From assembly GCA_049699855.1 (NCBI GenBank), contig JBNAWM010000009.1:1-24486 (forward strand): DNA of 24,486 bases, given 5' to 3'. The stretch comes from Candidatus Cryosericum sp. (GTDB taxonomy: Bacteria; Caldisericota; Caldisericia; Cryosericales; Cryosericaceae). The notes under the pieces are model-generated. The model was given only the letters and a program-made list of their open reading frames with translations. It did not search any database and was not told the origin of the DNA. A program made the translations under genes and the position numbers. This document shows positions 1 to 8,206 of this stretch, piece by piece. Within the stretch, counting starts at the first letter, position 1. Every line of letters begins with the position of its first letter.

Positions 1-1515
1 GCACCCAAGCATGAGCTCACCAGGGGCGAACTTGCCGACATGATCGTCAAGATGCGTTTCCCAACCGTGGTGATCATGCACACGAACGATTTCCACGGCA
101 ATCTCCTGCCGGTAACCGATGCCAACAAAAACGTGGTAGCGGGCGCTGCTCGTGAGTCCACAATTGTCAACAACGCACGCAGTACATTCGGAGCCGATCA
201 CGTTCTGCTTGTGGATGCGGGAGACCTCATCCAGGGAGCTACCATTGCCAACATGTTCCAGGGCAAGGATGTCATCGACGTCTACAATGCGATGGGATAC
301 AAGGTCGCGGCCATCGGAAATCATGAGTGGGACTACGGGCAGCAGGTTCTCAAGGACCGGATTTCCCAGTCCAAGTTTGACTGGGTCAACGCCAACGTGA
401 CAGGCGTGAACCTGGGGTGGAAGGCCAATGTAATCAAGAATGTCGCCGGCATCAATATTGGTCTGTTTGGTCTTGTGACAACCGATCTGCCAACAATTGT
501 CGCGCCCTCAAGCTTGGCGGGTGTGGGGGTTGCGGATCCGATCACGGTGGCGAAGCAGCAGATTACTGACTTGAAAGGGCAGGGAGCTCAGTACATTGTT
601 GCCCTCAGCCACTGCGGCTACGACAATGGCGGTGCTCCGCTGGATCCCGCCATCGCGGCCGGCGCACCCGGCATCAATCTGATCATCGGCGGACACTCTC
701 ATACGGTCCTGCAAACGGCCGCAATGGTAGGAAAGACGATGATCACCCAGACGGGTACTGCCGGTGCCTATGTTGGCAAGGAAGTCATCGATTTCACTAC
801 GTATCATGGCAAGGTCGTCGGTCAGAGCGTTTCTTATGAGCTTGTGCCGACCTCGGCATCTGTTCCCGAAGATCCCGCGATCAAGGCAATCGTCGACGGG
901 TACAACAGCCAGTTGAAGGAGAAGCTGGACGTTGTCATTGGCAAGGCTCTTGTGGCACTTGATGGAGAGCGTGCCGACGTCCGCACGAAAGAGACCAATC
1001 TTGGCAACTACGTTGCTGACTGGATGCGCATTTCCACGGGTGCAGACATAGCCTTTGAGAATGGTGGCAGCATTCGTGTGAGCATTCCTGCTGGCGATGT
1101 CACGGTTGGCAATATTTATGCAGTGCTGCCATTCGACAACATCCTGGAGATCCTTGAAGTCAAAGGCTCTACTCTAAAAGCCTGTTTGGAGAACTCGGTG
1201 AGTGCCTATCCTGCTCAGGCGGGTGCGTTTGCCCAGATTTCCGGGTTTAGTTTCACGTTCGATCCATCCAAGCCGGTGGGGTCTCGTGTCGTGAGCATGA
1301 CGAAGGACGGCAAGCCCATGGACATGGATGCAAGCTACAGACTCTGCGTGCAGGACTTCACTGCCATGGGAGGTGACGGGTACTCCATGCTGAAGACGGC
1401 CAAAGTAGTTTACAAGACGAGCGCATGGAACCGGGATGGTTTGGTGGAGTACATCAAGGCCAATCCAGAGATCAACCCGACTGTCGAGGGCAGGATCACG
1501 GTCGTCAATCCATAA
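1..1515 (+). CDS. Bifunctional UDP-sugar hydrolase/5'-nucleotidase (UshA-like) with upstream SLH-like motif; 5'-truncated by window
   Basis: Metallophosphatase motifs HTNDFHG, DAGD, GNHEWD, LSH and GGHSH, plus a 5'-nucleotidase C-terminal domain (RTKETNLGN, NGGSIR, LPFDN, GGDGY). The frame is open from base 1 (APKHELTRGELADMIVKM), which matches the TRAE-type end of an SLH repeat. Confidence 0.9.
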   Translation, partial: APKHELTRGELADMIVKMRFPTVVIMHTNDFHGNLLPVTDANKNVVAGAARESTIVNNARSTFGADHVLLVDAGDLIQGATIANMFQGKDVIDVYNAMGYKVAAIGNHEWDYGQQVLKDRISQSKFDWVNANVTGVNLGWKANVIKNVAGINIGLFGLVTTDLPTIVAPSSLAGVGVADPITVAKQQITDLKGQGAQYIVALSHCGYDNGGAPLDPAIAAGAPGINLIIGGHSHTVLQTAAMVGKTMITQTGTAGAYVGKEVIDFTTYHGKVVGQSVSYELVPTSASVPEDPAIKAIVDGYNSQLKEKLDVVIGKALVALDGERADVRTKETNLGNYVADWMRISTGADIAFENGGSIRVSIPAGDVTVGNIYAVLPFDNILEILEVKGSTLKACLENSVSAYPAQAGAFAQISGFSFTFDPSKPVGSRVVSMTKDGKPMDMDASYRLCVQDFTAMGGDGYSMLKTAKVVYKTSAWNRDGLVEYIKANPEINPTVEGRITVVNP

Positions 1516-1544
1516 CAGAGACATAGACAAGATTGTTGATCAAA

Positions 1545-1574
1545 GAGGGGGCCGGCAATTGCCGGCCCCTTTCT
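1545..1574 (+). terminator. Intrinsic terminator after nucleotidase
   Basis: Perfect 22-bp palindrome GGGGCCGGC-AATT-GCCGGCCCC (1548-1569) followed by TTTCT, about 30 nt after the stop codon. Confidence 0.75.
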
Positions 1575-1622
1575 GGCCCCGGATGCTGTTGCAGTTTCGT
1601 CAGAAGAGGAGAGAATCAGGAA

Positions 1623-2504
1623 ATGAACATGACGAAGATCATGACAACGAAAGAACAAGAATCACTGCATGCCGCACTTCGAGAACGTGGCGGCATCGAT
1701 GTGGAAAGAGTTCCCCCGGGCGCATCCTACGTCGTGCGGTATGCTGAAACAATCGTCACTGCCTACAGGGGCGGCAAGGTACTCTTTCAGGGAAAGGACG
1801 TCGAAGCGGCGGCGGCATTGTCCGAGGAGAGTGTGGAGCACTCGGCAAACAAGACCGAACCTACGATGAAGTTTCCGATCGTCGGCGCAGATGAGTCCGG
1901 CAAAGGAGACCTGTTCGGGCCACTTGCCATTGCTGCTTTTGTGGCTCGCAACGCCCACGAAAGAAACCAGGCCGTACAGGCTGGGGCACGCGATTGCAAA
2001 CTCATGAGTGACGTCGAAGTACGGAGTGTCGCCGCTCGACTGCGAGAGATCGGAGAGTGCCGCGTGAGGGTGCTGATGCCCGAAGAATACAACGCGCGAT
2101 ATGCCTCCGTCCACAATGTGAATGTTCTGTTGAACGAGCTCTATGGAGAATTGCTTCAAGAAGTCGCGGCGAGTTCAAAAGCAAAAACGGTAATACTGGA
2201 CAAGTACGGGGGACGTGCACTGAACCTGTGGAAGGGCACGCAGGGCTTTCGGTTCGTAGTCGAGACGCATGCAGAACGCTATCCCGAGGTGGCCGCGGCA
2301 TCGGTTCTCGCCCGAGCGGCGTTTCTCGATGGACTCCACCGGACAGGCGCGGAGAATGGGGTGCCTTATCTCCCCAAGGGAGCATCGGGGGACGCACAGA
2401 GGTTCATGCGCCAGCTGGCTTCGGAGAAAGGAAAGGACGTGCTGCGACTCGTCGCGAAGGTGAATTTCGCTCCGGTGAAGGAGGTACTCGAAGGGTTGTT
2501 TTGA
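1623..2504 (+). CDS. rnhC: Ribonuclease HIII
   Basis: N-terminal TBP-like domain (TAYRGGKVLFQG) plus RNase H2/H3 catalytic motifs GADESGKGDLFGPL, RDCK and VAAASVLAR. The start is likely ATG 1623 or 1629, downstream of AGGAG/AGGA, rather than 1533. Confidence 0.9.
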   Translation: MNMTKIMTTKEQESLHAALRERGGIDVERVPPGASYVVRYAETIVTAYRGGKVLFQGKDVEAAAALSEESVEHSANKTEPTMKFPIVGADESGKGDLFGPLAIAAFVARNAHERNQAVQAGARDCKLMSDVEVRSVAARLREIGECRVRVLMPEEYNARYASVHNVNVLLNELYGELLQEVAASSKAKTVILDKYGGRALNLWKGTQGFRFVVETHAERYPEVAAASVLARAAFLDGLHRTGAENGVPYLPKGASGDAQRFMRQLASEKGKDVLRLVAKVNFAPVKEVLEGLF

Positions 2505-2529
2505 GGCGAGAACGTGACATATGGGCTGG

Positions 2530-2557
2530 TTGACAACATCTCAGGGCACTATACTAT
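2530..2557 (+). promoter_or_regulatory. Sigma70-type promoter for ileS
   Basis: TTGACA (2530-2535), 16-nt spacer, TACTAT (2552-2557). Confidence 0.75.
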
Positions 2558-2602
2558 ATGACGTGATGCTTGCAGTCAGACCTTCACGCGAGGAGCCGCC
2601 CC

Positions 2603-5600
2603 ATGTTTAATCCTGTGGTACCTGCCGACCAGATCGTCCAGCAGGAAGTTGCTACGATTGATTTCTGGGAAACCAGCCATATCTTCGAGAAGTCGCTTGA
2701 ACTGAGCAAGGAGAAGAAACGTTTTGTATTCTTCGAAGGCCCCCCTACCGCCAATGGCATGCCCGGGGTCCATCATGGGCTTGCTCGAGTCTTCAAGGAC
2801 ACCATTCTGCGATATAAGGCCGGGAGCGGTTATTATGTTCCGCGCAAGGGAGGGTGGGACTGCCAGGGTCTGCCTGTCGAGATCGAGGTGGAAAAACGCC
2901 TGCAGATCAGCGGCAAGCAGCAGATTGAGGAGTACGGCGTTGAGGCGTTCGTTCGTGAGTGCCGAAACAGCGTGTTCACCTACAAGGCCGAATGGGAGAA
3001 AATGACCAGCCGGATAGGGTTCTGGCTGGATACAGAGCATGCCTATGCGACGTACACGAATGACTACATCGAGTCGGTGTGGAATATTCTGAAGAGGTTC
3101 TATGACCAGGGGCTGCTGTATCAGGGGCACAAGGTTGTTCCCTATTGCCCTCGTTGCGGAACAGCCCTCTCCATGCATGAGGTGGCGCAGGGCTACAAAA
3201 ATGTCTCCGAGGAGACGGTATTTGTCAAATTCACACTGACGTCTGGTGAACTGGCCGGGACCAGAGCGCTGGTTTGGACGACGACCCCGTGGACCCTGCC
3301 AAGCAATGTAGCGCTCGCGGTCAACCCTGACGTGGATTACCTTGTCGTGGAGCTCGAAGGTGAGCGATATCTCCTGGCCGAAGCCAGATTGTCTGCTGTG
3401 TTCGGACACGATGCGGAACATGTGACAGTTGTCCGCAAATATCGGGGAAAGGAACTTGCCGGCACTCGATATGAGCGCCTTTACGACTATGCAAATGTGT
3501 CGCCAGAGGAGATGGAGCGTGGCTGGCGGATTGTTACCGCTGATTATGTGACAACTACAGATGGGACGGGCATTGTACACATAGCGCCCGCGTTTGGTGA
3601 AGACGATCTCAGCGTGGGACTCAAGGAGGGTCTGCCATTCGTTCAGCTCGTGGACCTTGCTGGCAAGTTTACGCCCGAGGTGAAGCCCTGGGCGGGGAAA
3701 GATGCCAAGGGCAGCGATCCCGATATACGCCGCCAGCTGAAGGCGGACGGGAAGTTGTTCAAGACTGAACGGATCGAACACGATTATCCCTTCTGCTGGC
3801 GATGTGACACGCCTCTCCTCTACTATGCGAAGGACTCCTGGTTTGTCCGGACGACAGCGTTCAAGGACAGGATGATCGCGAACAATCAGCAGATCACCTG
3901 GTATCCGGAGCACATCAAGGATGGCCGGTTTGGCAATTGGCTGGAGAACATCAAGGATTGGGCTCTGTCGCGGGAGCGCTACTGGGGTACTCCGCTTCCC
4001 ATCTGGAAGTGCGATTCCTGTGGACATCAGCACGCTGTGGGTTCCATTGCCGAACTCAATGAGATGGCGATCAATCCTGATCCTCAGGTTGAACTGCACC
4101 GCCCGTACGTGGACAAGATCGAGCTGCGCTGCCCTGAATGCGGGGGCGTGATGCACCGCGTTCCAGAGGTCATCGACGTCTGGTTTGACTCGGGTTCGAT
4201 GCCATATGCTCAGTGGCACTATCCCTTCGAGAACCAAGGCGAGTTTGCGAAAATGTATCCCGCAGACTTCATCTCGGAAGGCATCGATCAGACTCGCGGG
4301 TGGTTCTACACACTGCATGCCATTTCCACTGCCCTGTACGATCAGCCTGCGTTCAAGAACTGCATGGTGCTTGAACTGGTTTTGGATGAAAAGGGACACA
4401 AAATGAGCAAGCACGTCGGCAACGTGATTGATCCCTGGAGTATCCTCGACAAGCAGGGAGCCGACGCATTCCGATGGTCGCTGTATACCAGTACGCCTCC
4501 ATGGTACCCTAGGCGATTTGGTCCGAATGTGGTGGCCGATGCGCTCAAGAACTTCATCATACCGCTGCGGAATGTATACAGCTTCTTTGTTCTCTATGCC
4601 AACATTGATCACTTCGACCCCGATGAGCCACAGGTGCCAGTTGAACAGCGATCCGAGCTGGATCGCTGGCTTCTTAGCCGGTTTCAAGCTCTGGTGCGCG
4701 ACGTCCGTGAGAACATGGAGGCCTACGAGATCAATCCTGCCACCAAGCTGATCCAGGCATTTGTGGAGGAGCTGAGCAACTGGTACGTGCGTCTCTCCAG
4801 GCGTCGTTTCTGGAAGAGCGAGAATGATGCGGACAAGCTGGCGGCCTATCAGACGCTCTACACGGTCCTGGTTGATCTGGCCAGGCTCCTGACCCCATTC
4901 ACGCCGTTCATGTCCGAGGAAATCTATCAGAATCTTGTGCGGTCGGTGAAAAGCGATGCTGAACTCTCGGTCCACTTCCTCGATTTGCCAGAATTCGATG
5001 AGTCACGTTATGATGAGCGCCTGAGCGCCTCGATGCAGGCGGTGATGGACGTCGTATCGCTGGGGCGGTCAGCAAGAAAGCAGGCTGGAGTCAAGACGCG
5101 GCAGCCACTGCAGGCCGTAGCCGTCTACGTTCGCGACGAGCAGATTCATGAGGCGTTGGTGTCCCATGCGGACATCGTCCGCGACGAGCTGAACGTCAAG
5201 TCCATCACGGAGGTCATGCATGCCTCGGATATCGCCGAGTTCACCTTGCGGCCTAACCTTCCCGTCCTCGGAAAGAGAGCAGGAAGATCCATCCCCCTGA
5301 TTCAAAAGGCCTTGACCGTCGATGCCGAGAGACTTCATGCGGAGTTGGAAACGGCCGGGCAGGTTTCGCTGGACCTGGAGGGCGTGCCTTTCATTTTGAC
5401 CAGGGACGACGTCATCAGCACGGTTTCGGGAAAGGGTGGGATGTTTGCGGCCTCGGCTGCGAATGTTGTTGTCGCGATAGACCCTGTCATCACGCCCGAG
5501 CTTCGAGGCGAATGGTATGTGCGCGAGGTGGAGCATTTTGTTCAGGGGCAGAGAAAAGAGAGCGGCTATCAGGTTACAGATCGTGTCCGTCTGGCAGTGA

Positions 5601-5764
5601 CCTGCTCTGATGCTGAAGTTGCCTCAGTGCTGACTGCTGCAATGCACGAAATTGCCCAGGAAGTTCTTGCCCGCGAGGTGCTGGTCACCCAGGGGCCTGT
5701 CGAGGGCGATGAGCCCGTGCTGGAGCTGGATGGCTCAAAGATAGCCTGCAGACTGGAATTGTAG
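2603..5764 (+). CDS. ileS: Isoleucine--tRNA ligase, type 2 (IleRS2)
   Basis: EGPPTANG-x-P-GVHH, GWDCQGLPVE, WTTTPWTLPSN, GTGIVH, DWALSRERYWGTP, EGIDQTRGWF and KMSKH. The long type-2 C-terminus lacks the type-1 Zn finger. SD AGGAG at 2591-2595 precedes ATG 2603. Confidence 0.97.
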   Translation: MFNPVVPADQIVQQEVATIDFWETSHIFEKSLELSKEKKRFVFFEGPPTANGMPGVHHGLARVFKDTILRYKAGSGYYVPRKGGWDCQGLPVEIEVEKRLQISGKQQIEEYGVEAFVRECRNSVFTYKAEWEKMTSRIGFWLDTEHAYATYTNDYIESVWNILKRFYDQGLLYQGHKVVPYCPRCGTALSMHEVAQGYKNVSEETVFVKFTLTSGELAGTRALVWTTTPWTLPSNVALAVNPDVDYLVVELEGERYLLAEARLSAVFGHDAEHVTVVRKYRGKELAGTRYERLYDYANVSPEEMERGWRIVTADYVTTTDGTGIVHIAPAFGEDDLSVGLKEGLPFVQLVDLAGKFTPEVKPWAGKDAKGSDPDIRRQLKADGKLFKTERIEHDYPFCWRCDTPLLYYAKDSWFVRTTAFKDRMIANNQQITWYPEHIKDGRFGNWLENIKDWALSRERYWGTPLPIWKCDSCGHQHAVGSIAELNEMAINPDPQVELHRPYVDKIELRCPECGGVMHRVPEVIDVWFDSGSMPYAQWHYPFENQGEFAKMYPADFISEGIDQTRGWFYTLHAISTALYDQPAFKNCMVLELVLDEKGHKMSKHVGNVIDPWSILDKQGADAFRWSLYTSTPPWYPRRFGPNVVADALKNFIIPLRNVYSFFVLYANIDHFDPDEPQVPVEQRSELDRWLLSRFQALVRDVRENMEAYEINPATKLIQAFVEELSNWYVRLSRRRFWKSENDADKLAAYQTLYTVLVDLARLLTPFTPFMSEEIYQNLVRSVKSDAELSVHFLDLPEFDESRYDERLSASMQAVMDVVSLGRSARKQAGVKTRQPLQAVAVYVRDEQIHEALVSHADIVRDELNVKSITEVMHASDIAEFTLRPNLPVLGKRAGRSIPLIQKALTVDAERLHAELETAGQVSLDLEGVPFILTRDDVISTVSGKGGMFAASAANVVVAIDPVITPELRGEWYVREVEHFVQGQRKESGYQVTDRVRLAVTCSDAEVASVLTAAMHEIAQEVLAREVLVTQGPVEGDEPVLELDGSKIACRLEL

Positions 5765-5768
5765 GGAG

Positions 5769-5820
5769 GCTGACTGCCGGTGGACCGCGGCGCCGCGGTC
5801 CAAGGCGTGCGTCTGTCAGC
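5769..5820. terminator. GC-rich hairpin between convergent ileS and thiF/moeB-like gene
   Basis: Perfect 22-bp palindrome TGGACCGCGGCGCCGCGGTCCA (5781-5802) inside an outer GCTGAC...GTCAGC pair. There is no U-tract on either side. Confidence 0.55.
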
Positions 5821-6652
5821 AGGAACTCTTCCGAAGGTCGTCGTGCATGGAAAATAGCTCCGTGATAGTGGGGTGATCTCCGCAAAGCGGGCATGCGGGA
5901 TCGCGGTCGATGGGCACGACGTCGAAGCGGTTGTCCTCCCCATCCATCAGGAGGAGCTTGCCGCCAAGCCAGTCGCCGGTTCCAACAATGAACTTGATCA
6001 CGTTCTGGGCAACGATGGAGCCTATGATACTGGCAGTGGTTCCAAGGATGCCGCGGGCTCGTTCATCGCGTACCATGTCTGAAGTCGGTGGGTTGGGATA
6101 GATACAGCGGAAGCAGGCTGTCTTGCGTGGCATCACGGTGAAGGCCATGCCATGCAGGTTGCTCACGGCGCCGACGAACAGAGGCTTGTCAAACAGCACC
6201 GCTGCATCGCAGATGAGGTAGCGAGTGCTGTAGTTGTCTGTGGCATCGACGATCAGATCGTACGCACTGAAGAGTGCATACGCATTTTCAGGGTCCAGGC
6301 GGGCCGGATAGGACTCAATGCGCAATTCGGGATTGAGAGCAAGCAGTCGTTCTCGAGCCGCAGAAGCCTTGGACTGTCCGATGTCGCTGGTGCTGTAGAG
6401 GATCTGCCGGTTCAGGTTGGATAAGCTCACGACGTCCCCATCCACGATTCCCAGCGTGCCAACACCGGCAGCGGCCAGAGTCAGCAAGACCGAGGAGCCG
6501 AGGCCACCAGCTCCTACAGTCAGGACAGACGCATGCTGGAGTTCGGCCTGCCCTTTCGGGCCAATCTGCTTCATCCACAACTGACGTTCGTAGCGGCTTT
6601 CCTCGGTGCAGGGGTCATGGGATGGGGCGTCCCCCCGGTTTATCGGATTCAC
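5816..6652 (-). CDS. HesA/MoeB/ThiF-family E1-like adenylyltransferase
   Basis: RYERQ, GAGGLGS, DGDVVSLSNLNRQ, DATDN and Zn motifs CFRC and CPLC. The GTG start at 6652 overlaps the upstream stop (GTGA), with AGGAGG 7 nt upstream; 278 aa. Confidence 0.9.
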   Translation of the reverse strand: MNPINRGDAPSHDPCTEESRYERQLWMKQIGPKGQAELQHASVLTVGAGGLGSSVLLTLAAAGVGTLGIVDGDVVSLSNLNRQILYSTSDIGQSKASAARERLLALNPELRIESYPARLDPENAYALFSAYDLIVDATDNYSTRYLICDAAVLFDKPLFVGAVSNLHGMAFTVMPRKTACFRCIYPNPPTSDMVRDERARGILGTTASIIGSIVAQNVIKFIVGTGDWLGGKLLLMDGEDNRFDVVPIDRDPACPLCGDHPTITELFSMHDDLRKSSC

Positions 6653-8049
6653 GTTGGCACCTCCTGCGGGACGAACACCCCATGAAGGCTGAAGGGCAGG
6701 ACAATGGGCAGCCAGGCACGAGCCAACTCTGTGAGCGTGCCTGCATCGAGGACAAGAACGAATGACCTCTTTGTGGCTGCATCGACGACGATGCTCAACA
6801 ACGTGCCTTCTCCCTCCGCTGCATTGGGGCCGCCGGGAATGAACGTTGGCGCGCCTGGGTAGCAGTTGTCCGATGACCACTGCAGGAAGGCGCCTGTGGC
6901 GATGTCCGAACGTCCCAGGCGGTCAATGAAGCCGCCTGTTCTGCTCGGGCCTGCAGAGAACACAACGGTTGAAGGCTTCATCGAAACCCGTGGGTCGATC
7001 TTAGAGAATTCACCGGGAGGACTTTTCAGAGGCAGGCACACCACCCTGTTTGTGTCCAGACTGATGACCAGGCGTGTTGCCAGGGGAGCGGGAAAGTCGC
7101 CGGCGGCAATCCGTCCTTGATCAAACGCAAGGGCATCCAGGATGCTGGGGTCGGCATATGCGGAGAGGTCGGTAACGATGCGCTCTCCCTCCTCCCACGC
7201 ATTGATGTGGTGCAGAACGAACATTGGACGCGTTGTAAGGACTGTCTTGAGGAAGCCTGTGGCCCGATCAAGTACGTAGATGCGCGTACCTCTGCTCGCA
7301 TCCCAGACATAGTTGCGGAGGTAGGGGTGGCGCGCCGATCGCAGAGATCTCGGGCTTGCCGTAAAGGGTCCCTCGACCAGAATGATCCAATGAGGGGTGA
7401 CGCTGAAAGAGTGCATATAACCAATCCTCGAAGAAGGCACTGAACGCAGCCTCCTGGTCGTGCCCATACTGCCCGTGACCGTAATGACATAGCCTGCTGG
7501 GTCACCTGCGCTGAGTACAAGATCGAAGCGTTCGCCGGTGCTCTGGTCGAAGAAGGGGTGCGGCGCAGAGCCTGAACATCGAGCCGGTGTCTTCCATGGC
7601 TTGCTTTCCATGGTCGCCATGGTCGTTGCATCGATGAAGACGCTGCAAGGCAGGGCACCGAGCGCCTCGAGTTTGTGGTCATGGTAGACGATATTTAAGT
7701 TGGTATTGTCGAAGGATCGGCGATTGCGATGATGGGCCACGGGTGAGTCAAAACCACCCGCCGAGATAGTATCCTCGATGAGAGCGCGTCTGTACCACGA
7801 CGTTGCCAGAAAGCGGTTGGTGAACGTTGCTTGGGGACCATCAAATCTCATGGAGGAGATCATGGCAAATCCGTCCAGCCAGTGGCCTGCACTCTGTGTT
7901 CCCAGGTCGAATCGTCCGGGACCGATCTGATACAGCGTGCCGCGAAGATCCGCGGGTAGGGCGCCCGAAACCTCGAGGGATACTTCTGAGAGTTCTTTGT
8001 AAAGGCTGGCAAAGCCAATGCTCCAGCCGGGCGAGTATGATGAGCTCAT
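6649..8049 (-). CDS. Carotenoid cleavage oxygenase / RPE65-superfamily protein (divergent)
   Basis: LEVSGALPADLRGTLYQIGPG, HWLDG, four metal-ligand His (APHP, YMHSF, LHHINA, LHGVF), EFSKID and the C-terminal LVLDA...ELARA..P motif. Confidence 0.85.
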   Translation of the reverse strand: MSSSYSPGWSIGFASLYKELSEVSLEVSGALPADLRGTLYQIGPGRFDLGTQSAGHWLDGFAMISSMRFDGPQATFTNRFLATSWYRRALIEDTISAGGFDSPVAHHRNRRSFDNTNLNIVYHDHKLEALGALPCSVFIDATTMATMESKPWKTPARCSGSAPHPFFDQSTGERFDLVLSAGDPAGYVITVTGSMGTTRRLRSVPSSRIGYMHSFSVTPHWIILVEGPFTASPRSLRSARHPYLRNYVWDASRGTRIYVLDRATGFLKTVLTTRPMFVLHHINAWEEGERIVTDLSAYADPSILDALAFDQGRIAAGDFPAPLATRLVISLDTNRVVCLPLKSPPGEFSKIDPRVSMKPSTVVFSAGPSRTGGFIDRLGRSDIATGAFLQWSSDNCYPGAPTFIPGGPNAAEGEGTLLSIVVDAATKRSFVLVLDAGTLTELARAWLPIVLPFSLHGVFVPQEVPT

Positions 8050-8115
8050 GATGTCAGGGGTCTTCGAGCGGGCGCGTTGTGTGCCGGGGTTGTTGTGTCA
8101 GCATTGGCGCAATGC

Positions 8116-8206
8116 TGGCGGAGAGGGTGGGATTTGAACCCACGAACGAGGGAACCCCGTTACCTGCTTTCGAGGCAGGCGCTTTCAACCGCTCAGCCAC
8201 CTCTCC
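8116..8206 (-). tRNA. tRNA-Ser(CGA)
   Basis: GGAGAGG/CCTCTCC acceptor stem, anticodon arm CCTGC-CTCGAAA-GCAGG, long variable arm, TTCAAAT T-loop and encoded GCCA; 91 nt. Confidence 0.96.

Noticed and set aside
2558..2602. T-box riboswitch upstream of ileS
   Set aside because: The leader is only about 40 nt, with no T-box consensus or terminator.
2576..4975. 799-aa antisense ORF opposite ileS (also 503 aa opposite lysS at 17039-18550 and others)
   Set aside because: These are codon-aligned shadows of GC-biased genes that rarely use TTA/CTA/TCA. They have no recognisable motifs or SD, and similar shadows occur opposite dusB, yebC and ruvB.
6653..6880. Longer start for the ThiF/MoeB ORF
   Set aside because: It overlaps the CCO C-terminus out of frame. 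GTG 6652 has a strong SD and a stop/start overlap.
5765..8116. Integrative island at the tRNA-Ser 3' end
   Set aside because: I found no integrase, no duplicated tRNA 3' end (att) near 5765-5815, and no obvious compositional shift by eye.
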